A stretch of DNA of 64,000 bases from a virus: the IMG/VR virus record IMGVR_UViG_3300028416_000006. One strand, 5' to 3'. Both the position numbers and the translations under genes were made by a program. Below are positions 29,106 through 38,173 of the stretch, in pieces; positions within the stretch are counted from its first letter, which is position 1; the number at the start of each line of letters is the position of its first letter. The notes beneath the pieces were generated by a model. It made no database searches, was not told where the DNA came from, and worked only from the letters and a program-made list of their open reading frames with translations.

Positions 29106-29671
29106 AATCCTAAAATTCCGTATGCTTCGTATGGAAGCCAATGTGTTTTCATTTGTTCTGGATGCCATAACACTGCTATTATATTGTCTAATTTCCAACT
29201 TTCACAAAATCCATACTCATCTGTAGCCAAACATGTTGCACCCGTAGGTATAGTTTTTAGTACTTGTTCATGTCTACTATAAACTTCAACATCACTACCC
29301 TTATAGTTTACACTATGATTGATGTGATGTCTACCGTTTTCTTGTAAAGATCCACCATGAGCAACTGTCAAGAACTGACAGCCTCTGCTGATTCCTAATA
29401 TTGGTTTGTTGTATAGTTTTGCTAAATCTAACGTGTGTTTTTCAACTCGTAACCGATTTTCATTGTATTGCCAGTTTCCTGGTATCATACTGTTGCCGCC
29501 TGTAAACACTACTAAGTCACTATTAACTATTGTATCTGTTTTATAATGTTCTAAGTGGTTTGGTATTGGCAACAATGTATGACCAGAGAACATTTCATAA
29601 AATCCATGATCAATGCTATCGTATGGTCCGTTTCGAAATTCAATCACACGTTGCGTGATTGCTATTTTCAT
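29102..29671 (-). CDS. class I glutamine amidotransferase / peptidase C26-like protein
   Basis: FTGGN, PILGISRGCQ, WHPE. Confidence 0.82.
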   Translation of the reverse strand: MKIAITQRVIEFRNGPYDSIDHGFYEMFSGHTLLPIPNHLEHYKTDTIVNSDLVVFTGGNSMIPGNWQYNENRLRVEKHTLDLAKLYNKPILGISRGCQFLTVAHGGSLQENGRHHINHSVNYKGSDVEVYSRHEQVLKTIPTGATCLATDEYGFCESWKLDNIIAVLWHPEQMKTHWLPYEAYGILGL

Positions 29672-29679
29672 TTAATTGT

Positions 29680-29982
29680 TTATTCTGCTTTTTCTATTGT
29701 AACGTCTAATGGAAATTGGTTTCTTCGTGCGTCAGTAATAGTTTCCACACATTTTTGCTCAGCTACTTCGTAACTGTATGTGCCTGCAATGCCTCGGCCC
29801 TTTTCGTGGACTTCAAGCATCACCACGTTTGCTTGTTCTGTCGATCTATTAAAAATTGTCTGTAAAACATTTACAACAAACTCCTGTGGCGTAGAGTCAT
29901 CGTTTAACAATACAACATTGTATCTTGATGGTGTTTTTAATTTAGTTATTTCTGCTACGCTACTTGATGATGCTTGAGTCAT
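29680..29982 (-). CDS. clpS: Clp adaptor ClpS
   Basis: YNVVLLNDD, MLEVHEKG, EVAEQK, FPL. Confidence 0.93.
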   Translation of the reverse strand: MTQASSSSVAEITKLKTPSRYNVVLLNDDSTPQEFVVNVLQTIFNRSTEQANVVMLEVHEKGRGIAGTYSYEVAEQKCVETITDARRNQFPLDVTIEKAE

Positions 29983-29996
29983 TTTTTTACCTTATA

Positions 29997-30419
29997 TTAG
30001 TCAATGTTAATAGTTCGTGGTTTCTTTTCGTCTGGAATATTTTGTTCCAATGTAACTACTAAGATACCGTTATCTAGCTTCGACGATGTTACTTCTACAT
30101 AATCAGCTAAACTAAATTCTCTTGTGAAGTTTCTAGTTCCGATGCCTTTGTGTAAATATTCAATCTCTTCCTCGATTGGTTTCTTTTCAGCGTTAATTGA
30201 AAGTGTATTACCGTCTTGTTGGATTTTTATTTCGTCTTTATCAAAACCTGCTACTGCTAGGCTAATAGAATAGCTACTGTCACTTTCCTTTACAATATTG
30301 TAAGGTGGGTAACCGCCTGTGTTTGTTGTGAAAGCATTTGCCATCTCATCAAACATACTATCAAATCCTATTGTAGTTTTATAAAAATCTGGAAGATTTA
30401 GTGTTGTTAATCTAGTCAT
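29997..30419 (-). CDS. small heat shock protein Hsp20 (IbpA-like)
   Basis: IGFD, YPPYNI, LAVAGF, YLHKGI, LDNGIL. Confidence 0.95.
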   Translation of the reverse strand: MTRLTTLNLPDFYKTTIGFDSMFDEMANAFTTNTGGYPPYNIVKESDSSYSISLAVAGFDKDEIKIQQDGNTLSINAEKKPIEEEIEYLHKGIGTRNFTREFSLADYVEVTSSKLDNGILVVTLEQNIPDEKKPRTINID

Positions 30420-30508
30420 ATCTTTTCTCCTTATATTAAGCAAGATTATTTAGAACCCTTTCGGCGTTCTATGTATACGGTAGGAATCAGTCCTGTTGTA
30501 TACATTGT
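30420..30508 (-). promoter_or_regulatory. ROSE-like RNA thermometer leader of hsp20
   Basis: Two upstream hairpins, then TCTTGCT positioned to pair with the AGGAGA SD. Confidence 0.65.
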
Positions 30509-30547
30509 TATTTATCTACATTTATAGACAAATTCAGTTATAACGTA

Positions 30548-30814
30548 TTAGTATAGTCTTTTCTTTACGATTGAATCTTTAGCTATTTCTCTACGTCTTC
30601 TAGCTCGGCCTGCCGCCTCTGCTTTAAGTCTTTTTTCAGTATTACTAACAAAGTATCTGCGTTCGCGTACTTCGTTCATAAGTCCAGTTTTCATAACTAA
30701 CTTCTTAAGTTTTCTCATAGCTTGTTCTACATTGCCATTTCTAACTTCTACAGATAGTCCAGGACCAAACTGAGGTTTTTCATTACGTTTATTATTTTTG
30801 TTATAGTTTCCCAT
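30548..30814 (-). CDS. rpsU: ribosomal protein bS21
   Basis: VEVRNGNVEQAMRKLKK...RERRYF...EKR. Confidence 0.88.
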   Translation of the reverse strand: MGNYNKNNKRNEKPQFGPGLSVEVRNGNVEQAMRKLKKLVMKTGLMNEVRERRYFVSNTEKRLKAEAAGRARRRREIAKDSIVKKRLY

Positions 30815-30822
30815 GTTTACCT

Positions 30823-31353
30823 TTATTGTATTTTACCAGATACACGATTGTTCTGTGATGATATTTGCTCGTATTCTACTTCTAATAGATAAGCAAATGT
30901 ATTTAGCAATTCCCTTGCAAGGTCTTGCCTCCCACGTTCTCTACCACGCAAAACAACTGTAACTGTTACTTTGTTATTTTTATCCAAAAATTTACGAGCT
31001 GCTTTAGCTTTGGTCTCTAAATCATGTGTATCTATGTTTAGTCCCATACGCACTTCTTTGGTCTCTACAACGCTTTCTCGTTGCTTCTTCTTTGCCAGTT
31101 TTTCTTTTTGCTTTAATGAATACAAATGCTTGTTTAGATCAATTATTTTACAAACTGGTGGATCTGCCTTTTCGGCTATCAACACTAAATCTAAATACAG
31201 TGACTTTGCTTCATCTAAAGCATCTTTCAAAGACAGCACCTGGCTTTCACCGTCTGGAAAGTTTACTCTAACTTCTTTTGCTCTTATTCGATCATTTGCG
31301 ATTACAAATGGGCCTTTTGTACGTTGTTTATATCCTTTGTTTCTATTCTGCAT
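30823..31353 (-). CDS. infC: translation initiation factor IF-3
   Basis: NDRIRAKEVR, DLVLIAEKADPPVCKI, KEVR, HDLETK, RGRE. Confidence 0.92.
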   Translation of the reverse strand: MQNRNKGYKQRTKGPFVIANDRIRAKEVRVNFPDGESQVLSLKDALDEAKSLYLDLVLIAEKADPPVCKIIDLNKHLYSLKQKEKLAKKKQRESVVETKEVRMGLNIDTHDLETKAKAARKFLDKNNKVTVTVVLRGRERGRQDLARELLNTFAYLLEVEYEQISSQNNRVSGKIQ

Positions 31354-32560
31354 TGTCACCTTTGATAAATTGTGGCTGTGCGTTTCTAGAAATAACTTGT
31401 TCATTTATAATAATTTTGCGTACTCCCTTTTCATATAATTCTGGCAATTGATATTGAGTTTCTAATAGTGCTTGATCTAATATTTTACGTAAACCTCTAG
31501 CACCTAATTCTTCATCAATGGCAGTTTTTGCAATTTGTTCCAATGCTGTTATTGTAAACTCTATTTGTATTTTGTCAAGTAGAAAAAGCTCTTTTATTTG
31601 ATCAATTATACTACCCACTGGTTCAGTTAGTATGCGTACAAGATCGTTCTTATTTAACGGTCTTAAGACGTTTACAGACGGTAATCTACCTACAAATTCC
31701 GGTATAAGTCCATACTTCACTAAATCACGTGTTTGTAAGTGCTTTTCCCATTGTTCTACATCAGTGTCTAAACCGTCGTTAAATCCTATCTTTGCTTTGC
31801 CGAGCCGGTTAACCACAACATCTTGTAGGCCAACAAAGGCTCCACCTACTACAAATAGTATGTTACTGGTGTCTATATTCACCTTCTCCGGGTTATGTTG
31901 CGGTTTGTTCGGAACCGCTAGTATAGTACCTTCCATGAGCTTTAAAAGGCTCTGTTGTACGCCTTCTCCTGAAACGTCTCTACTCAGGCTAACATAGTCA
32001 TTACGTTTTGCTTTTTTATCAATCTCGTCAACATATATAATACCATGCTCTGTGCGTTCTTGATTGTAATTTGCTGCTTGAAATAATTTGTGTATTAGAA
32101 CTTCTGCATCGTCGCCTGCATATCCACTTTCAGTAATAACAGTTGCATCAGTAACTACCATTGGTACACCTAAAAAGTCTGCAAGTGTTTGTGCTAACAA
32201 TGTTTTACCAGTTCCTGTAGGACCGCATAATAGTACATTGCTTTTTTGTAATTTTGTTTTTGTAGTTGTTGATATTCTTTTATAGTGATTGTATATTGCT
32301 ACACTCAAAGTCTTTTTTGCATAATCTTGACTAATTACGTGTTTGTCTAAATCGTTATGTATTTCTCTAGGAGTAGGAACTTCATATTTTTTACCATAAT
32401 TTTTATGTATAGCTTCTACTTTCTTTTCTTTAACAATGCCGTAGCAAAGTTCAACACAATCGCTACAAATGTGAGTATCATTTTCACCTGCTAGTAGCTT
32501 TTTTACTTGTGTTGCGTCTTTGTTACAAAAATTGCATATGGTAGGTTTGCTAGACTTCAT
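31343..32560 (-). CDS. clpX: ATP-dependent Clp protease ATPase ClpX
   Basis: C4 Zn-binding domain, GPTGTGKT, DEIDK, RDVSGEGVQQ, IGF, GLIPEFVGR. Confidence 0.95.
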   Translation of the reverse strand: MKSSKPTICNFCNKDATQVKKLLAGENDTHICSDCVELCYGIVKEKKVEAIHKNYGKKYEVPTPREIHNDLDKHVISQDYAKKTLSVAIYNHYKRISTTTKTKLQKSNVLLCGPTGTGKTLLAQTLADFLGVPMVVTDATVITESGYAGDDAEVLIHKLFQAANYNQERTEHGIIYVDEIDKKAKRNDYVSLSRDVSGEGVQQSLLKLMEGTILAVPNKPQHNPEKVNIDTSNILFVVGGAFVGLQDVVVNRLGKAKIGFNDGLDTDVEQWEKHLQTRDLVKYGLIPEFVGRLPSVNVLRPLNKNDLVRILTEPVGSIIDQIKELFLLDKIQIEFTITALEQIAKTAIDEELGARGLRKILDQALLETQYQLPELYEKGVRKIIINEQVISRNAQPQFIKGDNAE

Positions 32561-32999
32561 TAAAATATTCTGGGCTCATCTGTAGTTTTATATAGTTGTT
32601 TATATCATCTAATGATCTTACAACTAGATTAGTGCCTGTAGCATTTATTAATTTTACAGTTTCTCTTCGTTTGTATTTATCGCTGTAAAATAACACTGTA
32701 TTTTCTTCATCTTTTGATTTTAAAAGTCCCGACATAATATCTTCCCATGCACACGTATCAACATCGATAACCATAAAGTCGCATGTTTTAGAAACATTCC
32801 ACATCCATGGTAATGTTTCTGAATTAGTTTTTTTATTTTGTACTAAGAACACAATGCTTGTTGCAATAAACTTTTCAAATAATTCTTTTACTGATGCAAT
32901 AAAAGTTTCATTGGTACTTGAAATAAGAATACTTATTCCATGTTCTGTCATATAAAGGTCTGGGGGTGTTACAGTGTAACTACTGTTATCAATTTTCAT
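32550..32999 (-). CDS. hypothetical protein
   Basis: ORF coupled to clpX. Confidence 0.6.
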   Translation of the reverse strand: MKIDNSSYTVTPPDLYMTEHGISILISSTNETFIASVKELFEKFIATSIVFLVQNKKTNSETLPWMWNVSKTCDFMVIDVDTCAWEDIMSGLLKSKDEENTVLFYSDKYKRRETVKLINATGTNLVVRSLDDINNYIKLQMSPEYFNEV

Positions 33000-34466
33000 T
33001 TAATTTTTCTTTTTTCGTTGTAATTTTTTTGACTTATCGTTTAGATCGTATTGTAATTGTTCTATTAGGTATTTTCTGTTGCCGTGTGTATCAATTGTAT
33101 ATTCTTCACCTTTTGAATCCGTATGCACTACGTCTTCTTCATATATTTTATTTTGAACAACAGGTTTTTTGGAAGTCTTGTTGTCTTTTTTATTACCCAC
33201 AACATCTTTCTTAACGTCGGTGACATCTTTATCATTGTTAAATTTTGTAGGTTTTTCTTTTTTTTCATGTGTTCCTTTTGTTGATTTGCGTAATCCTAAT
33301 CCAGATATTCCTGCAAGAACAAGTACAACTGCTAAAGGATCAAATACAAATACAAGTACTAGTATAACATATCTTACTGTTTCTTCCAAGATATTTTTAC
33401 CAGGTTCTTGTCCATAAACTAATTCTGCAATATACTTAACTGGACCAACTTCTGCTTCTAGTTTTCTACTTTCGCCTTGTAGTGTATATTTTGTAGTATA
33501 AAGTGATTCCAACTTATCTTCAGAATCAACAATTAAATTACGCTGCGTCTCAATTAATACTGTATTGTCTTGTTGTTGACCTTGTCCAAGTTGAGCTCTA
33601 AGTCTAGTGATTAGGGTGTTAGAGTCTGCAATCTGTTGTTCTGCTAACATTCTAAGTCTTTTAATTTCCTGTCTAGCAGTTTTTGTTACAGTATCTTCTT
33701 CTGTCCTAACTTTATTTAGCTGATAAACAGCTATGCGTCTAGCCTTGGCATTATCTTCTTTAAACTTCTTTAATGCTTCTCTAGTATTATACCCTATTCT
33801 TCCATCTTGTGCAACTCCTATTAGGCCTTGCATTTTCTTTACTTCGCCGCTAATTGAATATTCGTCTAACAATTCTAACTTTTTATCAATGTTACTTATT
33901 TCTCTTTCGTATGGAGCAGTAGCATTTTCTTTGTCAGATGCTTGTTTATCAATAATAGCATTCTGTTCGTCAATTGATGGTTGTACTCCATCGTATGCTG
34001 AATTAATTCTTTCTTGTTCTGTACGTATTTTTTCTTGTATTTCAATGTCTTTAGTATCGTCTACTTGTTCAAGTTTAACAATTTTATCTTCTGACTTAGT
34101 AATAATTAATTTATTTCTTACTATGCTTTCTTCTATACGCTCAAGTTGGGCAACGTTCTCACTAGCCGCACTAGTTTGTTCAATGTGTGCTTTAGATAAA
34201 AATCCAAATATGCCCATGCTCGTAATAAACATAAGCATTATCACGGCTACAGTGAGATACGTTTTAATTAAAAATGGAGCTGATTTCCAGTTCATGTGCA
34301 ACCAGACAGCTGATGTCAACTTGCCTACTTCTAGCACAGACCCCATAATAATAATCGGTATAACGGCACTGGCAAATATAGCCACAAGTCCAACAATGCT
34401 GTAGTAGGCCGCCACAGCACTTATAGATAGTGCAACTAAAACTGTCCAGTAACCGAATAACCTCAT
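33000..34466 (-). CDS. multi-TM coiled-coil membrane protein
   Basis: About three N-terminal TM, long coiled coil, C-terminal TM. Confidence 0.7.
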   Translation of the reverse strand: MRLFGYWTVLVALSISAVAAYYSIVGLVAIFASAVIPIIIMGSVLEVGKLTSAVWLHMNWKSAPFLIKTYLTVAVIMLMFITSMGIFGFLSKAHIEQTSAASENVAQLERIEESIVRNKLIITKSEDKIVKLEQVDDTKDIEIQEKIRTEQERINSAYDGVQPSIDEQNAIIDKQASDKENATAPYEREISNIDKKLELLDEYSISGEVKKMQGLIGVAQDGRIGYNTREALKKFKEDNAKARRIAVYQLNKVRTEEDTVTKTARQEIKRLRMLAEQQIADSNTLITRLRAQLGQGQQQDNTVLIETQRNLIVDSEDKLESLYTTKYTLQGESRKLEAEVGPVKYIAELVYGQEPGKNILEETVRYVILVLVFVFDPLAVVLVLAGISGLGLRKSTKGTHEKKEKPTKFNNDKDVTDVKKDVVGNKKDNKTSKKPVVQNKIYEEDVVHTDSKGEEYTIDTHGNRKYLIEQLQYDLNDKSKKLQRKKKN

Positions 34467-34467
34467 A

Positions 34468-34818
34468 TTATTTCCCTATGTTATAACGAATTGCGAGACC
34501 TTCATCTACTAATAATTCGTTTATACAAACCTCGTTGTTGTCAACAACAACATAGATCTTTCCAAGTATACGACCATACTTGCCACGCTTGTTAAGTATA
34601 GTTTCTACTTTAAATTCTTTGTTCAATAAGTCCATTAAACGTTGCTTAACGTCAAGTCCTTTTTGTTTGATATCAACGTTTGTTGATCTACTATCAGGTG
34701 TGTCAATACCATACAACTTTAAACGTTGCTTAATAATGATATCGAAACCTAAATCAATTTCAATGTCCAAAGTATCACCGTTTATTACTCTTACTAATTT
34801 TGCTTTATATGTATACAT
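34468..34818 (-). CDS. thermonuclease (SNase) family
   Basis: RVINGDT, LYGIDTP, GKYGRILG, LVDEGLA. Confidence 0.85.
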   Translation of the reverse strand: MYTYKAKLVRVINGDTLDIEIDLGFDIIIKQRLKLYGIDTPDSRSTNVDIKQKGLDVKQRLMDLLNKEFKVETILNKRGKYGRILGKIYVVVDNNEVCINELLVDEGLAIRYNIGK

Positions 34819-34898
34819 AAAAAATTCCTTATCTAATATAAAAACAGTTAATACTTGAACTGCTTAATATTTATGTTATTTTTGGTGGTACTTAAATA

Positions 34899-35588
34899 CT
34901 ATGTTTTAGTATTCTTGTCTAACCATGCCTTAGCGGCTCTTTTAGTAGGTGGATCGTTTAAAAACTTCTGTACTTCTCTATATACGTTATCAAAGTTCTC
35001 TTTACGATCTGGGTCTTCTAACCCGCCACTATTGTCTATTACATGGAACTTTGCAGCTCCAAAGACTTGTTGGAATTTCATTATGTTTTGTTGAACTCGC
35101 TGCCACATAACAGTTACCATATCTGTTGGTATTGTTCTAGCTCTTGCAGCATTACGTTCTTGTGCTACCTCTTCACTTGTGTTAACAAATAACATCATTG
35201 TATCGTAACCTAAATCACCCAATTGTTTTTTGGCTACTGATACTTTAGATACATCCTTGCCGGTGCCATCAATTACTAAACCTAAGCGACCATCTAGATA
35301 TAAGTCTTCTCTTGTTTTAGTAATTTCTTTAGCACGGTTACGGATTTCTTGCCCCTTGTTGCTTCCAACAACTTCAGGGTCACTTAAATCAATATTGTGT
35401 TTTTTAGCAAGATACTCATAAACGTCATCACTATTAAGAGGTTTTAATCCACCACCAGTTAATAGTTTTTGAGCCACATAGCTTTTACCCGAGCCAGGAC
35501 CACCGGCTAGGAATACTGCTTTAAATATGTGAGGATCGTTTGGACCTTCTAGTATTTGCTCTGTTTCTAATATATCATGTATCTTCAT
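34899..35588 (-). CDS. P-loop kinase (zeta toxin/AAA_33-like)
   Basis: GGPGSGKS, NSDD, IDGTG, RNAARAR lid. Confidence 0.8.
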   Translation of the reverse strand: MKIHDILETEQILEGPNDPHIFKAVFLAGGPGSGKSYVAQKLLTGGGLKPLNSDDVYEYLAKKHNIDLSDPEVVGSNKGQEIRNRAKEITKTREDLYLDGRLGLVIDGTGKDVSKVSVAKKQLGDLGYDTMMLFVNTSEEVAQERNAARARTIPTDMVTVMWQRVQQNIMKFQQVFGAAKFHVIDNSGGLEDPDRKENFDNVYREVQKFLNDPPTKRAAKAWLDKNTKT

Positions 35589-35623
35589 ACTATTATTTAT
35601 ACAAATATAGTATTACAAATATA

Positions 35624-36211
35624 TTATGTTTTCCGAACAACAACTTTATCAGCTAGGCCAAAATCTACGGCTTCTTGTGCTGACATAAAATTATCACGTT
35701 CCATAGCTGCACTAAGCTCTTCGTAAGTTTTACCTTTTGAGTTATGCTTCTCGTACATGCGTGTAAGATTTTCTTTCATCTTAATAATTTCTTTTACTTG
35801 GATTTCCATGTCTGTTGCTTGTCCGCCTGCTCCACCGCTTGGTTGGTGAATCATTGTACGTGAATTTGGCAATACTAAACGTTTGCCTGGTTTTCCTGCC
35901 ATAGCAAGGAAACTACCCATACTACATGCTTGTCCCATTACAATTGTACTTACTGGAGATTTAATAAACTGCATTGTATCATATATGCCTAATCCTGCGG
36001 TTACTACACCACCTGGACTATTAATATAAAAGTTAATATCTTCTGCACTATTTTGTGATTCTAAAAATAGCATCTGTGCAACTACTAAATTTGCACTATG
36101 GTCATTAACTTCGCCGTTAAGCATTACAATACGATCTTTTAGCAAACGACTATAAATGTCATATGCACGTTCGCCTCTGCCTGTACTCTCAATTACTGTT
36201 GGTATTATCAT
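35624..36211 (-). CDS. clpP: ClpP protease
   Basis: [23 protein letters not shown] (Ser), MIHQP (His), ERDNF (Asp). Confidence 0.97.
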   Translation of the reverse strand: MIIPTVIESTGRGERAYDIYSRLLKDRIVMLNGEVNDHSANLVVAQMLFLESQNSAEDINFYINSPGGVVTAGLGIYDTMQFIKSPVSTIVMGQACSMGSFLAMAGKPGKRLVLPNSRTMIHQPSGGAGGQATDMEIQVKEIIKMKENLTRMYEKHNSKGKTYEELSAAMERDNFMSAQEAVDFGLADKVVVRKT

Positions 36212-36226
36212 TTTATCTCCTGTGTG

Positions 36227-37081
36227 TTAATCTTTATATCTTACTTGTAAGTCCATAATTATACTATAACGATCACCTAGATCGTCTTGTGAATTATGTT
36301 GCATTCCATGATATGTAGGTATCCATCCACTCTGTTCTGAATGTTCTCCATGCATAATTAACATTTTATTATCTGCTAGTTCCATAATCATATCTTGTTT
36401 ATTTGTTTTTGTATTCTTTGCCCAAAACTCTGAATAATTTTCACCTAAATGTAATCCTGCTAGAGTTTCATCACAATGCTCATTTCCAAATCGTATAGAG
36501 TTATGTTTTCTATGTTCTGTACGATTTTTTTCTGTAGCACTAGGAGTATTATACTTGATAATCATCAATTTGTAAAGAATTAAATCTTCCCATTTTTCTG
36601 ATTGATCTGAATAATTTTCATACAAGTAGTGTTCTAATACTGATTTAAAATCTCTATGCATTTCTACAAAGTAGCTAAATTCTTCAGGAACTGGTTCTTT
36701 AATTTCTTCTTCTGTCCAGGAATAGAAATATATCTTTTTACGTTCTACTGTCTCTGATGATTTTCCAAGGTTGTTATTTCGTGTCCATGTTTCTGGACCA
36801 GACATAAAGTCATTGTCCCAACTAAAACAATTACCAGAGTATATATGCGAATAACTTTTATTTGGCATATTTGGGTCATTTGTTTCTTCAATATTTTGTT
36901 CAATATTTATTTTTTTAAAAAAATCTTCATCTACTGTTTCATGTAATTTTTCTGCCATTGCAAAACGATTTGCATATTTTGTAGATAACAATGTAGAATC
37001 AGCAAGTGGCCATGTACCTGCTTGCTGATAATCTTGTAATTCTTCGTATGTGAATAATTTATGTGTTGGTGTTGTTTCCAT
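36227..37081 (-). CDS. possible 2OG-Fe(II) oxygenase-fold protein
   Basis: HCD...PTYHG...RYSII pattern. Confidence 0.5.
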   Translation of the reverse strand: METTPTHKLFTYEELQDYQQAGTWPLADSTLLSTKYANRFAMAEKLHETVDEDFFKKINIEQNIEETNDPNMPNKSYSHIYSGNCFSWDNDFMSGPETWTRNNNLGKSSETVERKKIYFYSWTEEEIKEPVPEEFSYFVEMHRDFKSVLEHYLYENYSDQSEKWEDLILYKLMIIKYNTPSATEKNRTEHRKHNSIRFGNEHCDETLAGLHLGENYSEFWAKNTKTNKQDMIMELADNKMLIMHGEHSEQSGWIPTYHGMQHNSQDDLGDRYSIIMDLQVRYKD

Positions 37082-37274
37082 TTGGTACCTTCTGTATTTC
37101 TTGTATACCAGTTGATTTATCTTCGACTATTTTAATATAGCCTCCATTCTCAAGTAGTTGTAGAGTTGATTCCATACCTTCATTAACACCCTGTTTGTAT
37201 CCAGTTCGTTGACTAAAGTATGCACAGGCCATTGTAAACAAGCCTAGTATAACCATTAAATCTAATCCTATCAT
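37059..37274 (-). CDS. small membrane protein
   Basis: N-terminal TM. Confidence 0.55.
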   Translation of the reverse strand: MIGLDLMVILGLFTMACAYFSQRTGYKQGVNEGMESTLQLLENGGYIKIVEDKSTGIQEIQKVPNGNNTNT

Positions 37275-37278
37275 AATA

Positions 37279-37797
37279 CTATTTACCTCCGTTAACTACA
37301 CCAACTGCTATAGGATATAAAGGATGTAAATGTACTTTATCCATAACGCTTATAAGGTGTGCTTTTTCTTTTAAAAACACTTTAGCAAAACTTGGATCAT
37401 TTGCTTCAATGTCATCGCTGTTGTCTATGAGATCAGCAAGTTTAACAATTTGTGCTTCTCTACTTGCTTGACTCAAACGCTCTGCATCAATTGCCTTACG
37501 CTTTGCACGGTTTCCATCTTCTGGCTTGCTAACATCAGTAAGCTCAACAACCAACTTGTGGATCTTCCAACCAAACTCTTCAGCAATCATCTCACTGGTT
37601 ACATATGTATCTTCCAACACATCATGTAACAATGCGGCCGCTATCATCTCTTCGGTGCCTTCGTAATCGGCAACCATTTTAGATACCCTGCGTGGGTGAA
37701 CTATATAGTCCACTCCACTGTATTTGCGTTTTTGTCCAATTGCAGCGTGAGCCACACTAGCGAACAAATCTGCTTTTTGAATAACGTCCATTTTCAT
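37279..37797 (-). CDS. HD-domain hydrolase, small alarmone hydrolase (SpoT-HD/Mesh1)-like
   Basis: AH..QKRK...YIVHP, ALLHDVLEDT, VKLADLIDN. Confidence 0.85.
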   Translation of the reverse strand: MKMDVIQKADLFASVAHAAIGQKRKYSGVDYIVHPRRVSKMVADYEGTEEMIAAALLHDVLEDTYVTSEMIAEEFGWKIHKLVVELTDVSKPEDGNRAKRKAIDAERLSQASREAQIVKLADLIDNSDDIEANDPSFAKVFLKEKAHLISVMDKVHLHPLYPIAVGVVNGGK

Positions 37798-37801
37798 TTC
37801 C

Positions 37802-38140
37802 TTATTTCAAGTAATGTGGGCCTGTCCACGCAACACTAAATTCTTCAAAAATGTTACCTCGAGCGGCATTTGTTGCTGGTGCATTCCAGCCTGCAGCTTT
37901 AAGGATATCACCTTTTTTAAACTTAGGACCATCTTCTTTAACAATAAAGCCCCATACACCATTGTCACGTATAATCTTAATATACTTTTTGCCTTCTTTA
38001 ATAGTAAAACTATTTTCAAAGTTAGCAAGTGTTTTACCAAAGTAACTATCTGGATCTGGTGTTCCACGATCACTAGCAGTAACAAACTTTGTATAATCTA
38101 CTTTACACTTTTGGATCAATGTTTGGATTTCGTTTTGCAT
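37802..38140 (-). CDS. early hypothetical protein
   Basis: AGGAG SD; behind promoter copy 2. Confidence 0.7.
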   Translation of the reverse strand: MQNEIQTLIQKCKVDYTKFVTASDRGTPDPDSYFGKTLANFENSFTIKEGKKYIKIIRDNGVWGFIVKEDGPKFKKGDILKAAGWNAPATNAARGNIFEEFSVAWTGPHYLK

Positions 38141-38173
38141 TTTTAACTCCTGTTTTTTATTAACTATACTTAT

